A stretch of 64,000 bases of DNA from an uncultured delta proteobacterium (GCA_963848135.1 CAWKCK010000003.1:434001-498000); one strand, 5' to 3'. Shown: positions 23,990 to 35,376, numbered from the stretch's first letter. Program-made: numbers and translations. Notes: generated by a model from the sequence alone, not told the origin.

Positions 23990-24194
23990 TACACGCAGGA
24001 GAATTCGCCAATTCATCGGCTGCGGATAGGAAGAGCCTGCCGTTGAGGAAACTTGCCAGGGGTCCCTCTTTTGTTATTTGAGGGTGCTTCCGGGACAATA
24101 CGCCACAGTTGATAAAACATCGCTGGATGTTGATTGATTCATTCGACCCCGCCGCGTCCCTTGTGACCGACGGGGTCAAACTTAAATATACGGG

Positions 24195-25322
24195 TCAAAC
24201 TGCCAGGAAACTCCAAAGAATCCCGGCACATATCGCTGATCCGATGACCCCGGAAGAATTGCAGGCCATGGCGTGCATCAAGAGGTAGTTCGTCGGATCG
24301 GATCTTAGGCCAACGAGGTGCACTTCACGGGCGGATCCCGGCACAGCTGATACCCCGGCGGCACCGAGGAGGGGATTTATTTTCTCTTTTGAAAATAGAT
24401 TCAGGATTTTGGCGAACAAGACGCCCGAGGCCGTGGCAATGCTGAAGGCAATGGCACCTAAAAAAAAGATGCCCACGGATTTTGTGGTTAAAAAGACATC
24501 GGCCTGGGTGCTGGCACCGACTGTAAACCCGAGAAATATAGTCGCGGTATCGATGATCGCGGTTCGGGCGGTTTTAGCCAAACGGTCAACCACGCCGGAT
24601 TCCTTCATGAGGTTACCGAAAAAGAAGGGGCCCAGAAGGGGGATGGAGGCCGGAGCCAGGAAACAGCAAAGAATCAGACCGATCACAGGAAAGAGTAGTT
24701 TTTCAACACGAGAAACGGGTCTGATATCCGGCATGTGAATCCGGCGTTCCTCCTTGGTCGTGAGCAGGCGCATGATCGGTGGCTGAATGATTGGAATCAG
24801 GGCCATGTAGGAATAGGCGGCAATGGCGATCGGCCCGATCAGGTGTGGTGCCAATTTCGCTGTCAGAAAGATGGATGTTGGGCCGTCCGCACCACCGATG
24901 ATGCCGATCGAGGCCGCTTCTTTGGGCAGAAACCCGAGCGCTAAGGCACTGAGGAACGTGGTGTAGATGCCCATTTGGGCAGCCGCTCCTAAGAGCATAA
25001 GTTTTGGCTTCGCCAACAGCGATGAAAAATCGGTCATTGCACCCAGACCCAGAAAGACAATCGAGGGGTAGACGCCGGTGGTGACGCCGAAGTAGAGATA
25101 ATGTAAAACGCTGTTGGATTCGTAGATGCCGAGGCCGAAGCCTTTAAAAAACGGTATATTGCCGACCAGAATGCCAAATCCGATGGGCAATAGTAGCAAG
25201 GGTTCGTACTGCTTGGCTATGGCGAGGTAAACAAATATACATCCGATCAGAATCATAACGATATAGCGAATATCGACCAGATAGTATCCGGTGTTCGTTA
25301 AAAATTGAATGAGAAGATCCAT
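24195..25322 (-). CDS. oadB: Na+-translocating decarboxylase beta subunit (OadB/GcdB/MmdB family)
   Basis: YEPLLLLPIGFG, GAMTDF, GAAAQ, IGIIGGADGPT, AAYSYMAL, GAAGVSAVP. Confidence 0.92.
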   Translation of the reverse strand: MDLLIQFLTNTGYYLVDIRYIVMILIGCIFVYLAIAKQYEPLLLLPIGFGILVGNIPFFKGFGLGIYESNSVLHYLYFGVTTGVYPSIVFLGLGAMTDFSSLLAKPKLMLLGAAAQMGIYTTFLSALALGFLPKEAASIGIIGGADGPTSIFLTAKLAPHLIGPIAIAAYSYMALIPIIQPPIMRLLTTKEERRIHMPDIRPVSRVEKLLFPVIGLILCCFLAPASIPLLGPFFFGNLMKESGVVDRLAKTARTAIIDTATIFLGFTVGASTQADVFLTTKSVGIFFLGAIAFSIATASGVLFAKILNLFSKEKINPLLGAAGVSAVPGSAREVHLVGLRSDPTNYLLMHAMACNSSGVIGSAICAGILWSFLAV

Positions 25323-25389
25323 TACAATGATTCCTTCTTACCTGTGTATGTGAATAGGTATGGATGGCAGGGATATCAGCACGGCCATT

Positions 25390-25794
25390 TCAGCCTTGCC
25401 ATTGATAGAGACCCTCAGCCGCTGGGACGATGACACCGGATTCTCTTAGGCTTCTAATCGACAAGTGCACGTGAGGCAGATCGTTGGCGGTTGCAATTTC
25501 ATAGAGGCTCTTGAGGTCGAAGTCCTCTCCAAGCTCAGTGGCGAGGGGGGCCAACGCTTGCCTGGCGCCATCGATATTGAAAACCGGATGGGCTGAAGAC
25601 GGTATTTTTTGTTCATTTTTTGTAACGGTGGCTTTTTCCAATTGCTTGGCAGAACCTTTTTCCAACAATGCCGCAACCTTATGTAATTGAGAGATCACGA
25701 AAGATAGAGCCGATAAGCCCGACATGACGATCAGCGCTCCGGTAATTGCCATTGCCCAACCGTTAGCAGCAGAAATAGCATCGAAACCGTACAC
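25390..25794 (-). CDS. OadG-family (decarboxylase gamma/delta) subunit with extra C-terminal domain
   Basis: GTG start with GGAGG RBS; single TM segment GWAMAITGALIVMSGLSALSFVI; directly upstream of the beta subunit. Confidence 0.7.
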   Translation of the reverse strand: MYGFDAISAANGWAMAITGALIVMSGLSALSFVISQLHKVAALLEKGSAKQLEKATVTKNEQKIPSSAHPVFNIDGARQALAPLATELGEDFDLKSLYEIATANDLPHVHLSIRSLRESGVIVPAAEGLYQWQG

Positions 25795-25929
25795 AGTAAC
25801 CTCCAATATGTTTATGTTTCTAAATGAGTTAACCCTTTTCTCGACCACACCCTATGAAAAATGTCAACGTCTAAGGGAAAATGATCGGAAAATCAGAAAT
25901 TTTCTTACAAAATATATTGAGGTATTTAT

Positions 25930-25971
25930 GAAAGATAGGCCTATCGAACAGTTCGATGGGGCCTATCTTTC
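25930..25971 (-). terminator. Strong hairpin downstream of fabD, probable terminator
   Basis: GAAAGATAGGCC...GGCCTATCTTTC perfect 12-bp stem with a further paired inner arm; U-tract is weak. Confidence 0.55.
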
Positions 25972-26069
25972 CAATTGTAGCGAATCGCGAGTCCATTAAT
26001 TTCCTCAGCGGTTTGGTAGCGGAACGGAAAATGGACTGGCAGCTACCGCAGCAAGCGGGCAGCTAAAAA

Positions 26070-27008
26070 CTATATAAGTTCGGAAAGTACTTTTTCGTAA
26101 GTTTTTAGGTTGTTAACGTTATAAACGGCAGCAGGATAGTCTTTAGGTAGGATTTTGCGCAGAAGTCCGGAAAGAACTTTTCCGGGTCCGATTTCCACAA
26201 AAACGTCGATTTCCTCTTTTATAAGCCGCTGCATCGAATCGTACCATTTAACGGGGCTACAAAGCTGGCGTGACATGAGCGCGCGGATCTGATCCGGATC
26301 GGTCTCAACCTCGGCCGTTACATTGGATACTATTCCTGTTACGGGTGTCTGAAACACGATCGATTCGAGAGTATGATTGAAGTCGTCTTCTGCTCCCCGG
26401 ATAAGATCGCTATGCCAGGCACCGCTGACCTTGAGCGCAATTGCCTTGGCGCCTTTTTCGGCGGCAAGAGCTGACACGGCTTTGACGGCGGCCGGTTCAC
26501 CAGTGATAACAATCTGTTGTTCCGTATTGTGATTGGCAATCGAAACGACTCCTTTGTCACGTCCTTTGTTCACCAGGTCCTCAACGGCATCGATAGGAAG
26601 GCCGAGCAGGGCACTCATGGCACCGGTGTTTTTTATCGCTTCGCGATGCATTAACTCGCCACGTCGCTGTACCAACCGTAGGGTATCTTCCGCTGAAATA
26701 ATTTCCGAAGCCGCCAGAGAACTGTATTCTCCGAGGCTGTGACCGGCGCTCAATACCGCTTGGCAGCCTTCCCGCTGCAATGCGGTCAAAAACGCCAGGT
26801 TTACCGCGGTCACCGCCGGTTGGAGATTTACGGTTTGGGTGAGCTCTTCCATCGGCCCTTTGAAGCAGAGCCGCGATAGGTTGACCCGCGATATTTCCTC
26901 TGCCATATCGAATAGTTCGCGAACGAAGTCGAACTCTTGGTGCACGTCCTGTCCCATACCAACGGTCTGGGATCCTTGTCCAGGAAATAAGAATGCTGTT
27001 TTTCTCAA
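26070..27008 (-). CDS. fabD: Malonyl-CoA-ACP transacylase
   Basis: FPGQGSQ, GHSLGEY, VSGAWHS, EIGPGKVL. Confidence 0.94.
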   Translation of the reverse strand: MRKTAFLFPGQGSQTVGMGQDVHQEFDFVRELFDMAEEISRVNLSRLCFKGPMEELTQTVNLQPAVTAVNLAFLTALQREGCQAVLSAGHSLGEYSSLAASEIISAEDTLRLVQRRGELMHREAIKNTGAMSALLGLPIDAVEDLVNKGRDKGVVSIANHNTEQQIVITGEPAAVKAVSALAAEKGAKAIALKVSGAWHSDLIRGAEDDFNHTLESIVFQTPVTGIVSNVTAEVETDPDQIRALMSRQLCSPVKWYDSMQRLIKEEIDVFVEIGPGKVLSGLLRKILPKDYPAAVYNVNNLKTYEKVLSELI

Positions 27009-27044
27009 ATCATGCCCCTCCGTTCGAATCGTATTTGGCGCTTC

Positions 27045-28310
27045 TTATTCGTCAAGCTTGAACAGCTTGCGAGCGATATCAAGATACACCGATCGGCCGC
27101 CCTGGCACCCGTTGCGTTTGAGCACTTTGGTCGGATCATGGAGAATTTTGTTGATCATTGCATGGGTCATACGTTCCAAAGCCTGCCGACCCTCATCGGA
27201 AATGATGCCGTACTGGAGCGTTTTTGTGAGTTCTGCTTCGGCAATGGTTTCCAGCTTTTGGCGCAAGGCCTTTATGGTCGGCACGACGTCAAGGCTGACA
27301 TACCATTGTTGGAAACGAACCACAGCTTCGTCAACGATTCGCTCGCCTTTAACGGCTTCATTCTGGCGGTCTTCGATGTTTTCTGCGATGACCCCTTTAA
27401 GGTCGTCGATATCATAGACATAGGTATTGCTCAATCGATTGATGGCGGGATCGATATCTCTGGGGACGGCAATGTCGATGAAAAAAAGGGGGCGATTGCG
27501 ACGCTTGCGCATAACCCCTTTGACTTGCCCGCGCTCAAGTATGAATTCCGAGGAACCGGTCGAGCTGATAACGATATCAACATCCGCCAAAGTCGCTATA
27601 AGTTCTTCAAACCGGATCGGGGAACCGTGAAAGCGTTGGCTCAGCTTTACGGCGCGCTGAAAAGTGCGATTGGCCACCCGAATATCGCTGGCGCGGTTGC
27701 GAATCAAGTGCTCGACCGCCAATTCAGCCATTTCACCGGCCCCGATCAGCAGGACTTTTTTACCATCCAGGCTACCGAAAATCTTTCGCCCCAGCTCAAT
27801 CGCCGCATAACTGATCGAGACAGCGTGTCCACCGATACCGGTTTCCGATCGTATTCGCTTAGCGACAAAAAACGTTCGGTGGAGAAGCCGATTGAGGATG
27901 ACCCCGGACGTTTTCTTTTGTGTCGATAGGCGATATGCTTCCTTGATCTGTCCGAGGATTTGAGGTTCACCAACAACCATAGAATCCAGGCTGGCAGCCA
28001 CCCTGAAAATATGGCGAACAGCCTCGTTACCGACGTGTACGTAAAGTGCGTCTTCGAAATTTGCTATCGGGATGTCGTTGAAACGGGATATGAATTCTTT
28101 GGCTGCATATACAGCTTCCGCGGTTTGCGTCGTGACCAAAAGCACCTCGACCCGATTACAGGTTGAAAAAAGCATTACCTCATTGACAACCGGGTTGTTT
28201 TTCAGGGCGTTTAAAGCCTCTGTCGATTGATCCGGGGTGAAGGCAATGCATTCTCGGAGTTCGACCGGTGCGGTTTTATGATTTAATCCAAGCAGAACGA
28301 TTTCGGCCAT
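27045..28310 (-). CDS. hemA: Glutamyl-tRNA reductase
   Basis: GLNHKTAPVELRE, STCNRVE, SLDSMVVGEPQILGQ, GAGEM, DIAVPRDID. Confidence 0.96.
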   Translation of the reverse strand: MAEIVLLGLNHKTAPVELRECIAFTPDQSTEALNALKNNPVVNEVMLFSTCNRVEVLLVTTQTAEAVYAAKEFISRFNDIPIANFEDALYVHVGNEAVRHIFRVAASLDSMVVGEPQILGQIKEAYRLSTQKKTSGVILNRLLHRTFFVAKRIRSETGIGGHAVSISYAAIELGRKIFGSLDGKKVLLIGAGEMAELAVEHLIRNRASDIRVANRTFQRAVKLSQRFHGSPIRFEELIATLADVDIVISSTGSSEFILERGQVKGVMRKRRNRPLFFIDIAVPRDIDPAINRLSNTYVYDIDDLKGVIAENIEDRQNEAVKGERIVDEAVVRFQQWYVSLDVVPTIKALRQKLETIAEAELTKTLQYGIISDEGRQALERMTHAMINKILHDPTKVLKRNGCQGGRSVYLDIARKLFKLDE

Positions 28311-28447
28311 GATTCAACACAAAAAGGGGTCTCAAGTATTTCTGTTCGCCCCCAGTTCCAATCGTTTTTCTGTTTTAGAGCGGTGTGATTTTTACCGGCT
28401 AAGAATGCCAGCAAAGGGACCACATAACTATAAGTACGATATACGAT

Positions 28448-29269
28448 TTAAAAAGTCGTAAAGGGCTTGTGGTGCCCTTTGAGAAAAAAATTAACGCCTA
28501 AAAATGTAAAAAGAAGTATCGCGAACCCGATAATGGCCATTATGGCGGCCCGGCGGCCTCGCCAGCCGGCAGTCAATCGTTCATGTAACAAAGCGGCGTA
28601 AAACAGCCAGGTGATACCGGCCCAGACTTCTTTGGGATCCCAGCTCCAAAACCTTCCCCAGACAGATTTCGCATAGATAAAACCGGTGATCAAACCGAAG
28701 GTCAACAGCGTAAAACCGACAACGATACAAGAATACCCCGTGGCGTCAAGCATCTCCAATGATGGCAGACGTCTGAAGAAAAAACCGGGATTTTTATTCT
28801 TTATGGCCCGCTCCTGCAGGATGTAAAGAATTCCAATTCCACAGGCAAGGGCAAAGGCGGCATTGCCGATAAATACGCTGATTACGTGCGAGATCACCCA
28901 AAAATTCTTAAATATGTTCTGAGCCTGGGTCGGAGTGTTCGGTACTTGGGAGACGGCGATCATTATCAAAGCTATCAACGGCGCCGCGTAAATTCCGAGA
29001 ACCTTTAACTTGAACTTTGACTGAAAGAGAAGAAAAAATCCAGCCACAGCCCATCCGGCGAGAGAAAGGGTTTCATGCAAATTGCGCACCGGAAAGTGTT
29101 TTGAGGCGATTCCGCTGTAAATTATTGCGAGGGTGTGGCCAATGAAGCCCGCGAGCATTAAGAAGTAACCATACCGGTGGAGATAATCTTTCTGGTAAAA
29201 CAGATAGGCAAAATAAGCGGCAGCACTGAGCATATAAAACAGAACCGTTATGATAACGATAACTTCCAT
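28448..29269 (-). CDS. ccsA: Cytochrome c biogenesis CcsA/HemX-family membrane protein
   Basis: Multiple TM helices, WGRFWSWDPKE WWD motif, GWRGRRAA. Confidence 0.88.
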   Translation of the reverse strand: MEVIVIITVLFYMLSAAAYFAYLFYQKDYLHRYGYFLMLAGFIGHTLAIIYSGIASKHFPVRNLHETLSLAGWAVAGFFLLFQSKFKLKVLGIYAAPLIALIMIAVSQVPNTPTQAQNIFKNFWVISHVISVFIGNAAFALACGIGILYILQERAIKNKNPGFFFRRLPSLEMLDATGYSCIVVGFTLLTFGLITGFIYAKSVWGRFWSWDPKEVWAGITWLFYAALLHERLTAGWRGRRAAIMAIIGFAILLFTFLGVNFFLKGHHKPFTTF

Positions 29270-29281
29270 GATTGTTTCGCC

Positions 29282-29977
29282 TTATGTTTTCGCCAAATCC
29301 GTATCGGAATCAAAAGATTCCATCAGGGCTTCGTAGGTGAATTCAATTCCGAGAACATCACCGAGCAGACGGTTGATTTCCTCGCGGCGGTGGTCCCGCA
29401 CGAGTTCGATCAAGCCAGCATTCAAGAGATTTTCAAAAATTGGCTTGTGCGCCTCCGGTGCATGGGCTTGGCTAAGAAGCTTTATGCGGATAGCACCCAT
29501 TAGATGTAATAGCACAATATACTCTGGGCCGAATTGCAATTCCAATTCTTTGCGCAGTTTTTTGGCCATTGCCGGACTACGGCCGGAAGTTGAGATGCTG
29601 ATGGTCAAGGCACCTCTGCGGACAACGGCCGGAAGGATGAAGTTACAAATCTCCGGGCGATCGGCGATATTGCAAAGCAGACCGCGTTTTTCGGCGTTCC
29701 TATGGATCCGGCGGTTCAGGGTTTCGTCATCAGTGGCACCGATAACCAGAAAAACGCCGTCCAGGTCGGCGTCTTCAAACGGTCGAAGCCCAAGAGTTAT
29801 CTTGCCCTGGTTGGACAGTGCGTTAAGTCTTTCGGTAACTTCAGGACTAATAACACATACATGCGCGCCGCAATCCAGTAATGAAAGGACTTTGCGCGTC
29901 CCGACGGCGCCACCACCGACAACAAGGCAATGACGATTTTTGATGTTAAGATTTACCGGATAATATCGCATTTCCAT
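29282..29977 (-). CDS. Precorrin-2 dehydrogenase/sirohydrochlorin ferrochelatase (SirC/Met8/CysG N-terminal type)
   Basis: YYPVNL, VGGGAVGTRK, ATDD, NIADRPEICNF, STSGRSP. Confidence 0.92.
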   Translation of the reverse strand: MEMRYYPVNLNIKNRHCLVVGGGAVGTRKVLSLLDCGAHVCVISPEVTERLNALSNQGKITLGLRPFEDADLDGVFLVIGATDDETLNRRIHRNAEKRGLLCNIADRPEICNFILPAVVRRGALTISISTSGRSPAMAKKLRKELELQFGPEYIVLLHLMGAIRIKLLSQAHAPEAHKPIFENLLNAGLIELVRDHRREEINRLLGDVLGIEFTYEALMESFDSDTDLAKT

Positions 29978-29988
29978 TCAGCACACAG

Positions 29989-30768
29989 TTACAGTTCGAG
30001 TTCCATCAAATCGTGAGCCAGCAGAAGGGGACCACTATAGGATTTTCGGCATTCCTGCACGATGTCCGCTTGCTCACACTCAGGATAAAAGTGCGTGAGA
30101 ACCAGTTGAGCCACCCCAGCCCGCGAAGCGATGGCTCCGGCCAGAGACGGTGTAAGGTGCCCATCTACTTTTTGATCATCGGGCAAGGCCGACTCACATA
30201 TAAGGAGGTTCGCGTCTTGAGAAAGTGTGACAAGACTCTCGCAGGCATCGGTATCGCCAGAGTATACAACCGAGGAGCCCATGGATGATGTGATCCGGAC
30301 AGCAATGCTTTCCGGGTTGTGAGTGACCGGAATGGATTCGACGGTAAAATCTTTGAAATATAGTTTGTCAGGACCGTGGATATCCAATTCGATGAGGTCC
30401 AAAAGTCCCGGTTCCAGCTCGATCCAGTTGCCATAGACACGCTTCAGGCCATTGATGAAACAAACGAGACCTTCTCCCGCGCAAAGAGAAAGGGGCGACC
30501 GACGGCGGCGACGATCCGGATATTTTGTGGCGAAGAGCAGCGGCACAAGTTCGCCGGTGTGGTCCGGGTGAAAATGGCTGTAGATAATGTGAGACAGCTC
30601 GAAGATTGTTGTTCCGGCTTCGAGCATTCGGCGCATCGTACCGGCACCGCTGTCCAGGAGTATCCTTGACTTGCCCGTTGTCACTAAAACAGCGCAAGAG
30701 CTGCGTTCGAGAGAGGGAACACAGGTGCCCGATCCCAGAATCGTTACCATCATACTATCATGCATCAT
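29989..30768 (-). CDS. MBL-fold metallo-hydrolase (RNase Z-like)
   Basis: ILGSGT, SHFHPDH, YSGDT, GHLTP, LTHFYP. Start Met uncertain. Confidence 0.85.
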   Translation of the reverse strand: MMHDSMMVTILGSGTCVPSLERSSCAVLVTTGKSRILLDSGAGTMRRMLEAGTTIFELSHIIYSHFHPDHTGELVPLLFATKYPDRRRRRSPLSLCAGEGLVCFINGLKRVYGNWIELEPGLLDLIELDIHGPDKLYFKDFTVESIPVTHNPESIAVRITSSMGSSVVYSGDTDACESLVTLSQDANLLICESALPDDQKVDGHLTPSLAGAIASRAGVAQLVLTHFYPECEQADIVQECRKSYSGPLLLAHDLMELEL

Positions 30769-30839
30769 TGGTCGATAACATATTAAGGATTAGCGGATCG
30801 TTAACGGACAAATGATCGTTTGGCGCCGACAGTTGCGAA

Positions 30840-31829
30840 CTATTTCCGGTCGGCCCGCTGCTCGATATGCGCGATTATCCACTTGGAAAGCTTTTTCTCG
30901 TTTTTGAAGTCAACGTGTGATTTGAGGCTTGCCAGTAAGATTTCGGCCCGGGCCATACTCTTGTGTCCACCGGCTGAGCCCAAGGAGCCGAATCCTTTCG
31001 CAGCAATTGAGCCCGCATTTTTACGTATGCCGTCATTGCGAAGGATGATAATGAGCTTGCGATCAAATATCCCAGAAACGATACTCCAGGTGACAGCGTT
31101 GACCCGCATGAAAAAATCGGCGATCAGAACACAGACATCCGGGGTCGTGACTGTACCAAGGTGGGCATAAACGCGGTTTTTCCGAAGTTTCATATCACGC
31201 AGCGCAATTTTGTAAAACTTGAGAAAATCGATATGAATCTCGGCCAGTTCTATTTTCCTGGCTAAAAACGTATTCGCGTGCCGAAACAGAAACTGAAAAG
31301 ATCGAATATCTTCGATCAGCGTCTTGCGCTCGAAATTGCTGGTATCGGTTTTTATGGCATAGAAAAGACCGGTTGCCAATTTAACCGAAGGCTTAATTTT
31401 TGCCGCCCGCAGGTACTCGGTCATTATGCTGGCAGTGGCACCATATTTCGGTCGGATATCAAGAAACGGTGCCTTCACTCCCGTATCAGGGTGATGATCG
31501 ATAATGACATGGGGTGAAAATTCGGCCAGCAATTCGTTATGCGCCGGCTGAGAATCGACCATTACAATGCGCTGATACTGGTCGCGGTCAATGCCGCTGA
31601 TGAACGTCAATTTAACGCCCAGCAACCGAATCATGGCGAGGTTGTCGGGACGCTTGATTTCGTTGATGCAGCTAATCGTTACCCCGGCCACCTTGTGCCA
31701 CAGGAGACGACTGACGGCCATAGCGCTTGCGATGGCATCCGGATCGGCGTTGATAAGGATAAGCACCGCGTCGTTGCCCGAAAACTGTAGATGAAATCGC
31801 CGCAATCTTTCGGAAGCTGAAAGTGGCAT
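30840..31829 (-). CDS. DHH/DHHA1 family phosphoesterase
   Basis: ADPDAIAS, MVDSQ, IIDHHP, TDT, AGGH. Confidence 0.88.
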   Translation of the reverse strand: MPLSASERLRRFHLQFSGNDAVLILINADPDAIASAMAVSRLLWHKVAGVTISCINEIKRPDNLAMIRLLGVKLTFISGIDRDQYQRIVMVDSQPAHNELLAEFSPHVIIDHHPDTGVKAPFLDIRPKYGATASIMTEYLRAAKIKPSVKLATGLFYAIKTDTSNFERKTLIEDIRSFQFLFRHANTFLARKIELAEIHIDFLKFYKIALRDMKLRKNRVYAHLGTVTTPDVCVLIADFFMRVNAVTWSIVSGIFDRKLIIILRNDGIRKNAGSIAAKGFGSLGSAGGHKSMARAEILLASLKSHVDFKNEKKLSKWIIAHIEQRADRK

Positions 31830-32015
31830 CAGTACTCGGTTTCCTCCTGGTGGCGTGCACTAATAATACGTCGGCCATGAGGATATTACAATATAATTTT
31901 GGAATCGCCTTTCAGGAAACCTTTCACATGGCGTAACCGCAGACCGGTTCACATGCCAGGCGCCCAGGCACAATATTGTTCGACCGGGCGCTTGGCTGAG
32001 GCGCATAAATCACAT

Positions 32016-34598
32016 TCAGGTGGTTGTAAACACGATCCGTCCGTTCTGCACGTCGGCCTTCAGCCGATCACCCTCATGGATACTTCCTGTTAGGATTTCG
32101 AGAGAGAGTTCGTTTTCAATGAATTTTTGCACAACGCGTTTAAGTGGGCGGGCCCCGTAAGATGGATCATAACCTTTCTCGGACAGAAAGGCTTTGGCCC
32201 TGTCGGAGAGAACCAGGTCGATCTGTTTCTCTGCCAGCCTCTGGCGAAGTTTGTCGATCTGAATCTCGACAATTTTCCCGATCTGGTCCGGCGTCAAATT
32301 ATGAAATATAATCGTTTCATCGATACGGTTAAGGAATTCAGGTTTGAATTGGGATCTCAGAGCCTCTAATACCCGAGCGGCCATCTTCTGCGGCTGCGAT
32401 CCTCCGAGGTCTTGAATCCACTGACTGCCGACGTTTGAGGTCATGATGATAATTGTGTTCTTGAAGTCGACTGTCCGGCCCTGGCCGTCTGTCATTCGGC
32501 CGTCATCCAGAATCTGTAGCAATACGTTAAATACCTCCGGGTGTGCTTTCTCAATTTCATCAAACAGAACGACTGAATAAGGACGACGGCGAACAGCCTC
32601 GGTCAGATAACCGCCTTCTTCGTACCCAACGTATCCCGGCGGGGCACCGATCAACCGGGCGACCGCGTGCTTTTCCATGTATTCTGACATGTCTATTCGA
32701 ATGATCGCCTGTTCGCTATCGAACAGGAATTCTGCCAGGGCTCGGGCCAACTCGGTTTTTCCAACACCTGTTGGTCCCATAAATATGAAGGATCCGATAG
32801 GCCGATTGGGGTCTTGAAGGCCAGAGCGTGCGCGCCTTACGGCATGAGAAACAGCCTCAATGGCTTCATGCTGTCCGATGACGCGTTGACCGATCCGGGT
32901 TTCCATCTGAATCAACTTGTCTTTCTCACCCTCCAGCATCTTGCTGACAGGGATACCGGTCCAGCGTGAAATAACTTCCGCCACGTCTTCCGCATCGACT
33001 TCTTCCTTAAGCATCCGCCCGGTTTTTTGCTGGTCCGTGAGTTTCTGGTTGGCCTCCTGAAGACGATTTTCGAGCTCTGTCATCCGCCCGTAACGGATTT
33101 CGGCCACCCGGGCAAAATCGCCTTGGCGTTCTGCCTGTTGTGCCTCAATGCCAAGGCGTTCCTGCTCTTCCTTATTGTCGCGAATCGTCTGAATCAGTTC
33201 TTTTTCGTTCTGCCAATGCCGCTTCATCTCTTTTAACTCGCTTTGAAACCCATCGACTTCGGTGTCAAGCTTTGCCAGCCGATGCTGGGAAGAAGGATCG
33301 CTCTCCTTTTTTAATGCCTCCCGTTCGATTTCCAGTTGAGTTATCCGGCGTTGAATCTCATCGATTTCTGTGGGCATACTGTCAATCTCGATTCGGAGTT
33401 TGGATGCGCATTCATCGATCAGGTCGATGGCTTTGTCGGGCAGAAACCGGTCCGTTATGTAACGGTTGGACAATGTTGCCGCAGAGACGAGCGCCGCGTC
33501 TTTGATTCTAACACCGTGGTGAACTTCGTACTTTTCCTTTAGGCCTCTGAGGATCGATATCGTGTCCTCCACGGTCGGTTGTTTAACCAGAACCGGTTGA
33601 AAGCGACGTTCCAGGGCCGCATCTTTTTCTATGTATTTGCGGTATTCGTTCAGTGTGGTTGCACCGACGCACCGTAACGTACCTCTTGCCAGGGCCGGTT
33701 TCAGCATATTTGATGCATCAACGGCGCCTTCAGCTGCACCGGTACCGACCAGAGTGTGTAGCTCATCGATGAAAAGAATGACTTCGCCTTCTGCCTTTTC
33801 GACCTCCTTAATGACCGCTTTTAGGCGATCCTCAAATTCTCCGCGGTATTTGGCTCCGGCAATCAGAGCCCCCATATCCAGCGCAACCAACCGGCGGTTT
33901 TTTAGACTTTCGGATACGTCGCTGCTGATAATCCGTTGCGCTAATCCCTCTACGATGGCTGTTTTGCCAACCCCGGGCTCTCCGATGAGTACGGGATTGT
34001 TTTTTGTCCGGCGAGACAGCACTTGGACGATTCGCCGGATCTCATCGTCACGCCCGATGACCGGGTCGAGTTTGCCCAAACGGGCCAGATCCGTCAGATT
34101 GCGACTGAATTTTTCCAGCGCTTGGTATTTTTCTTCCGGATTCTGATCTGTAATCCGTTGGGATCCCCGAATGTCCATCAGAACGCGCAGGATCGCATCG
34201 CGATTGATTCCGTGTTGCTCCAGAATTCGGGACGCTTCGCTATCTTTTTCATCACTCAACGCCAGAAGCAAGTGTTCGACGCTGACATATTGATCCTTCA
34301 TCTTGGCGGCTTCGCCAAAAGAGGATTCCAACACTTTCTTCGTTTTCTGCGAAATATAGGCTTCGGAAGCCTGACTGACTTTGGGTAATCGCTCGACGGC
34401 ACGGGTGGCCACGCTTCTTATCGACCCGCTCTGCACGCCCATCTTACTGAGTATACTTGCCGCGATTCCGCTGTTTTCAGTCAACATCGCCACCAAAAGA
34501 TGTTCCGGCTCGATCTGCGGATTCTGATACCGAGCGGCAGATTCCTGTGCCTGTTGGATCAACTCCTGGGCTTTGATCGTGAACTTGTCTAATCGCAT
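32016..34598 (-). CDS. clpB: ATP-dependent chaperone ClpB
   Basis: Two AAA+ modules ([16 protein letters not shown]), coiled-coil middle domain, GARPLKR. Confidence 0.97.
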   Translation of the reverse strand: MRLDKFTIKAQELIQQAQESAARYQNPQIEPEHLLVAMLTENSGIAASILSKMGVQSGSIRSVATRAVERLPKVSQASEAYISQKTKKVLESSFGEAAKMKDQYVSVEHLLLALSDEKDSEASRILEQHGINRDAILRVLMDIRGSQRITDQNPEEKYQALEKFSRNLTDLARLGKLDPVIGRDDEIRRIVQVLSRRTKNNPVLIGEPGVGKTAIVEGLAQRIISSDVSESLKNRRLVALDMGALIAGAKYRGEFEDRLKAVIKEVEKAEGEVILFIDELHTLVGTGAAEGAVDASNMLKPALARGTLRCVGATTLNEYRKYIEKDAALERRFQPVLVKQPTVEDTISILRGLKEKYEVHHGVRIKDAALVSAATLSNRYITDRFLPDKAIDLIDECASKLRIEIDSMPTEIDEIQRRITQLEIEREALKKESDPSSQHRLAKLDTEVDGFQSELKEMKRHWQNEKELIQTIRDNKEEQERLGIEAQQAERQGDFARVAEIRYGRMTELENRLQEANQKLTDQQKTGRMLKEEVDAEDVAEVISRWTGIPVSKMLEGEKDKLIQMETRIGQRVIGQHEAIEAVSHAVRRARSGLQDPNRPIGSFIFMGPTGVGKTELARALAEFLFDSEQAIIRIDMSEYMEKHAVARLIGAPPGYVGYEEGGYLTEAVRRRPYSVVLFDEIEKAHPEVFNVLLQILDDGRMTDGQGRTVDFKNTIIIMTSNVGSQWIQDLGGSQPQKMAARVLEALRSQFKPEFLNRIDETIIFHNLTPDQIGKIVEIQIDKLRQRLAEKQIDLVLSDRAKAFLSEKGYDPSYGARPLKRVVQKFIENELSLEILTGSIHEGDRLKADVQNGRIVFTTT

Positions 34599-34893
34599 CG
34601 ACTACGACTCCTCTTCATCTCATTGGTCAAACTAATAAGTTCCATAATCCAATCGGCTTATTATCACAAACCCAAAATAACAATTACCAATACCCTGTCA
34701 ATCATAATTAGTAATATTTATATATGGTAATATTGGCGGCGGTTAATTACGTGCAGATTGAGTCATCGGACTTCGGCAGGCAATTATTTAGTATGTTATT
34801 CCAGTCGCTTAAATATATATTTGAATCTAAAAAGCTCAAGGGCGGATTTTATAGAGTAAAATCTATCGCGATTATCCACCGGTTGCAGCAGGA

Positions 34894-35376
34894 TCAGGCG
34901 TGTTGCGACCGGACACAGACATTGGGGGTGGGCGTTCGGTTAGGGTGCCTTCCGGCATCGAGAAGAGAACAGGTCAGGATCAGTTCTTCTATGGCATGGT
35001 GTTGACGCTCGTTCAGTTGACCGAATTTCACGCAGCGCCGCCGAATCCGGATTGAACTAAAGGAAAATTCGGCTGGCATTTCAAAATCGGCCACGGTACG
35101 ATAGGGAATGCGATCCAAGCAAAACCGGGGTGATGAAATAAGGATTGTCAACTCAGAGGACGATTGCTTTTCGAGAGACGAATCGATGTACCGAAATGAC
35201 AGTCCCCCCAGGCTGATATCAATCATGTACCCGTGAATTTCAGTATGGGGCCTCGCGGCGACGACGACACCGTCAATCGCGGGATAGCGCATAAGAAGCC
35301 GTTTTTCCATATTATCGTTGAACCGTACCTTTTCGGCACTGCTGTGCATTGTTTGGATGAGGTCTGGGATATTCAT
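34894..35376 (-). CDS. Stand-alone PilZ domain protein
   Basis: c-di-GMP motifs RLLMR (RxxxR) and DISLGG (DxSxxG). Confidence 0.8.
   Translation of the reverse strand: MNIPDLIQTMHSSAEKVRFNDNMEKRLLMRYPAIDGVVVAARPHTEIHGYMIDISLGGLSFRYIDSSLEKQSSSELTILISSPRFCLDRIPYRTVADFEMPAEFSFSSIRIRRRCVKFGQLNERQHHAIEELILTCSLLDAGRHPNRTPTPNVCVRSQHA

Noticed and set aside
27012..27929. 305 aa plus-strand ORF
   Set aside because: Antisense shadow of hemA with no recognisable motifs
34600..34720. Search for CIRCE/HAIR heat-shock operators upstream of clpB
   Set aside because: No match seen; only a weak TTGACA-N16-TATTTT promoter-like pattern
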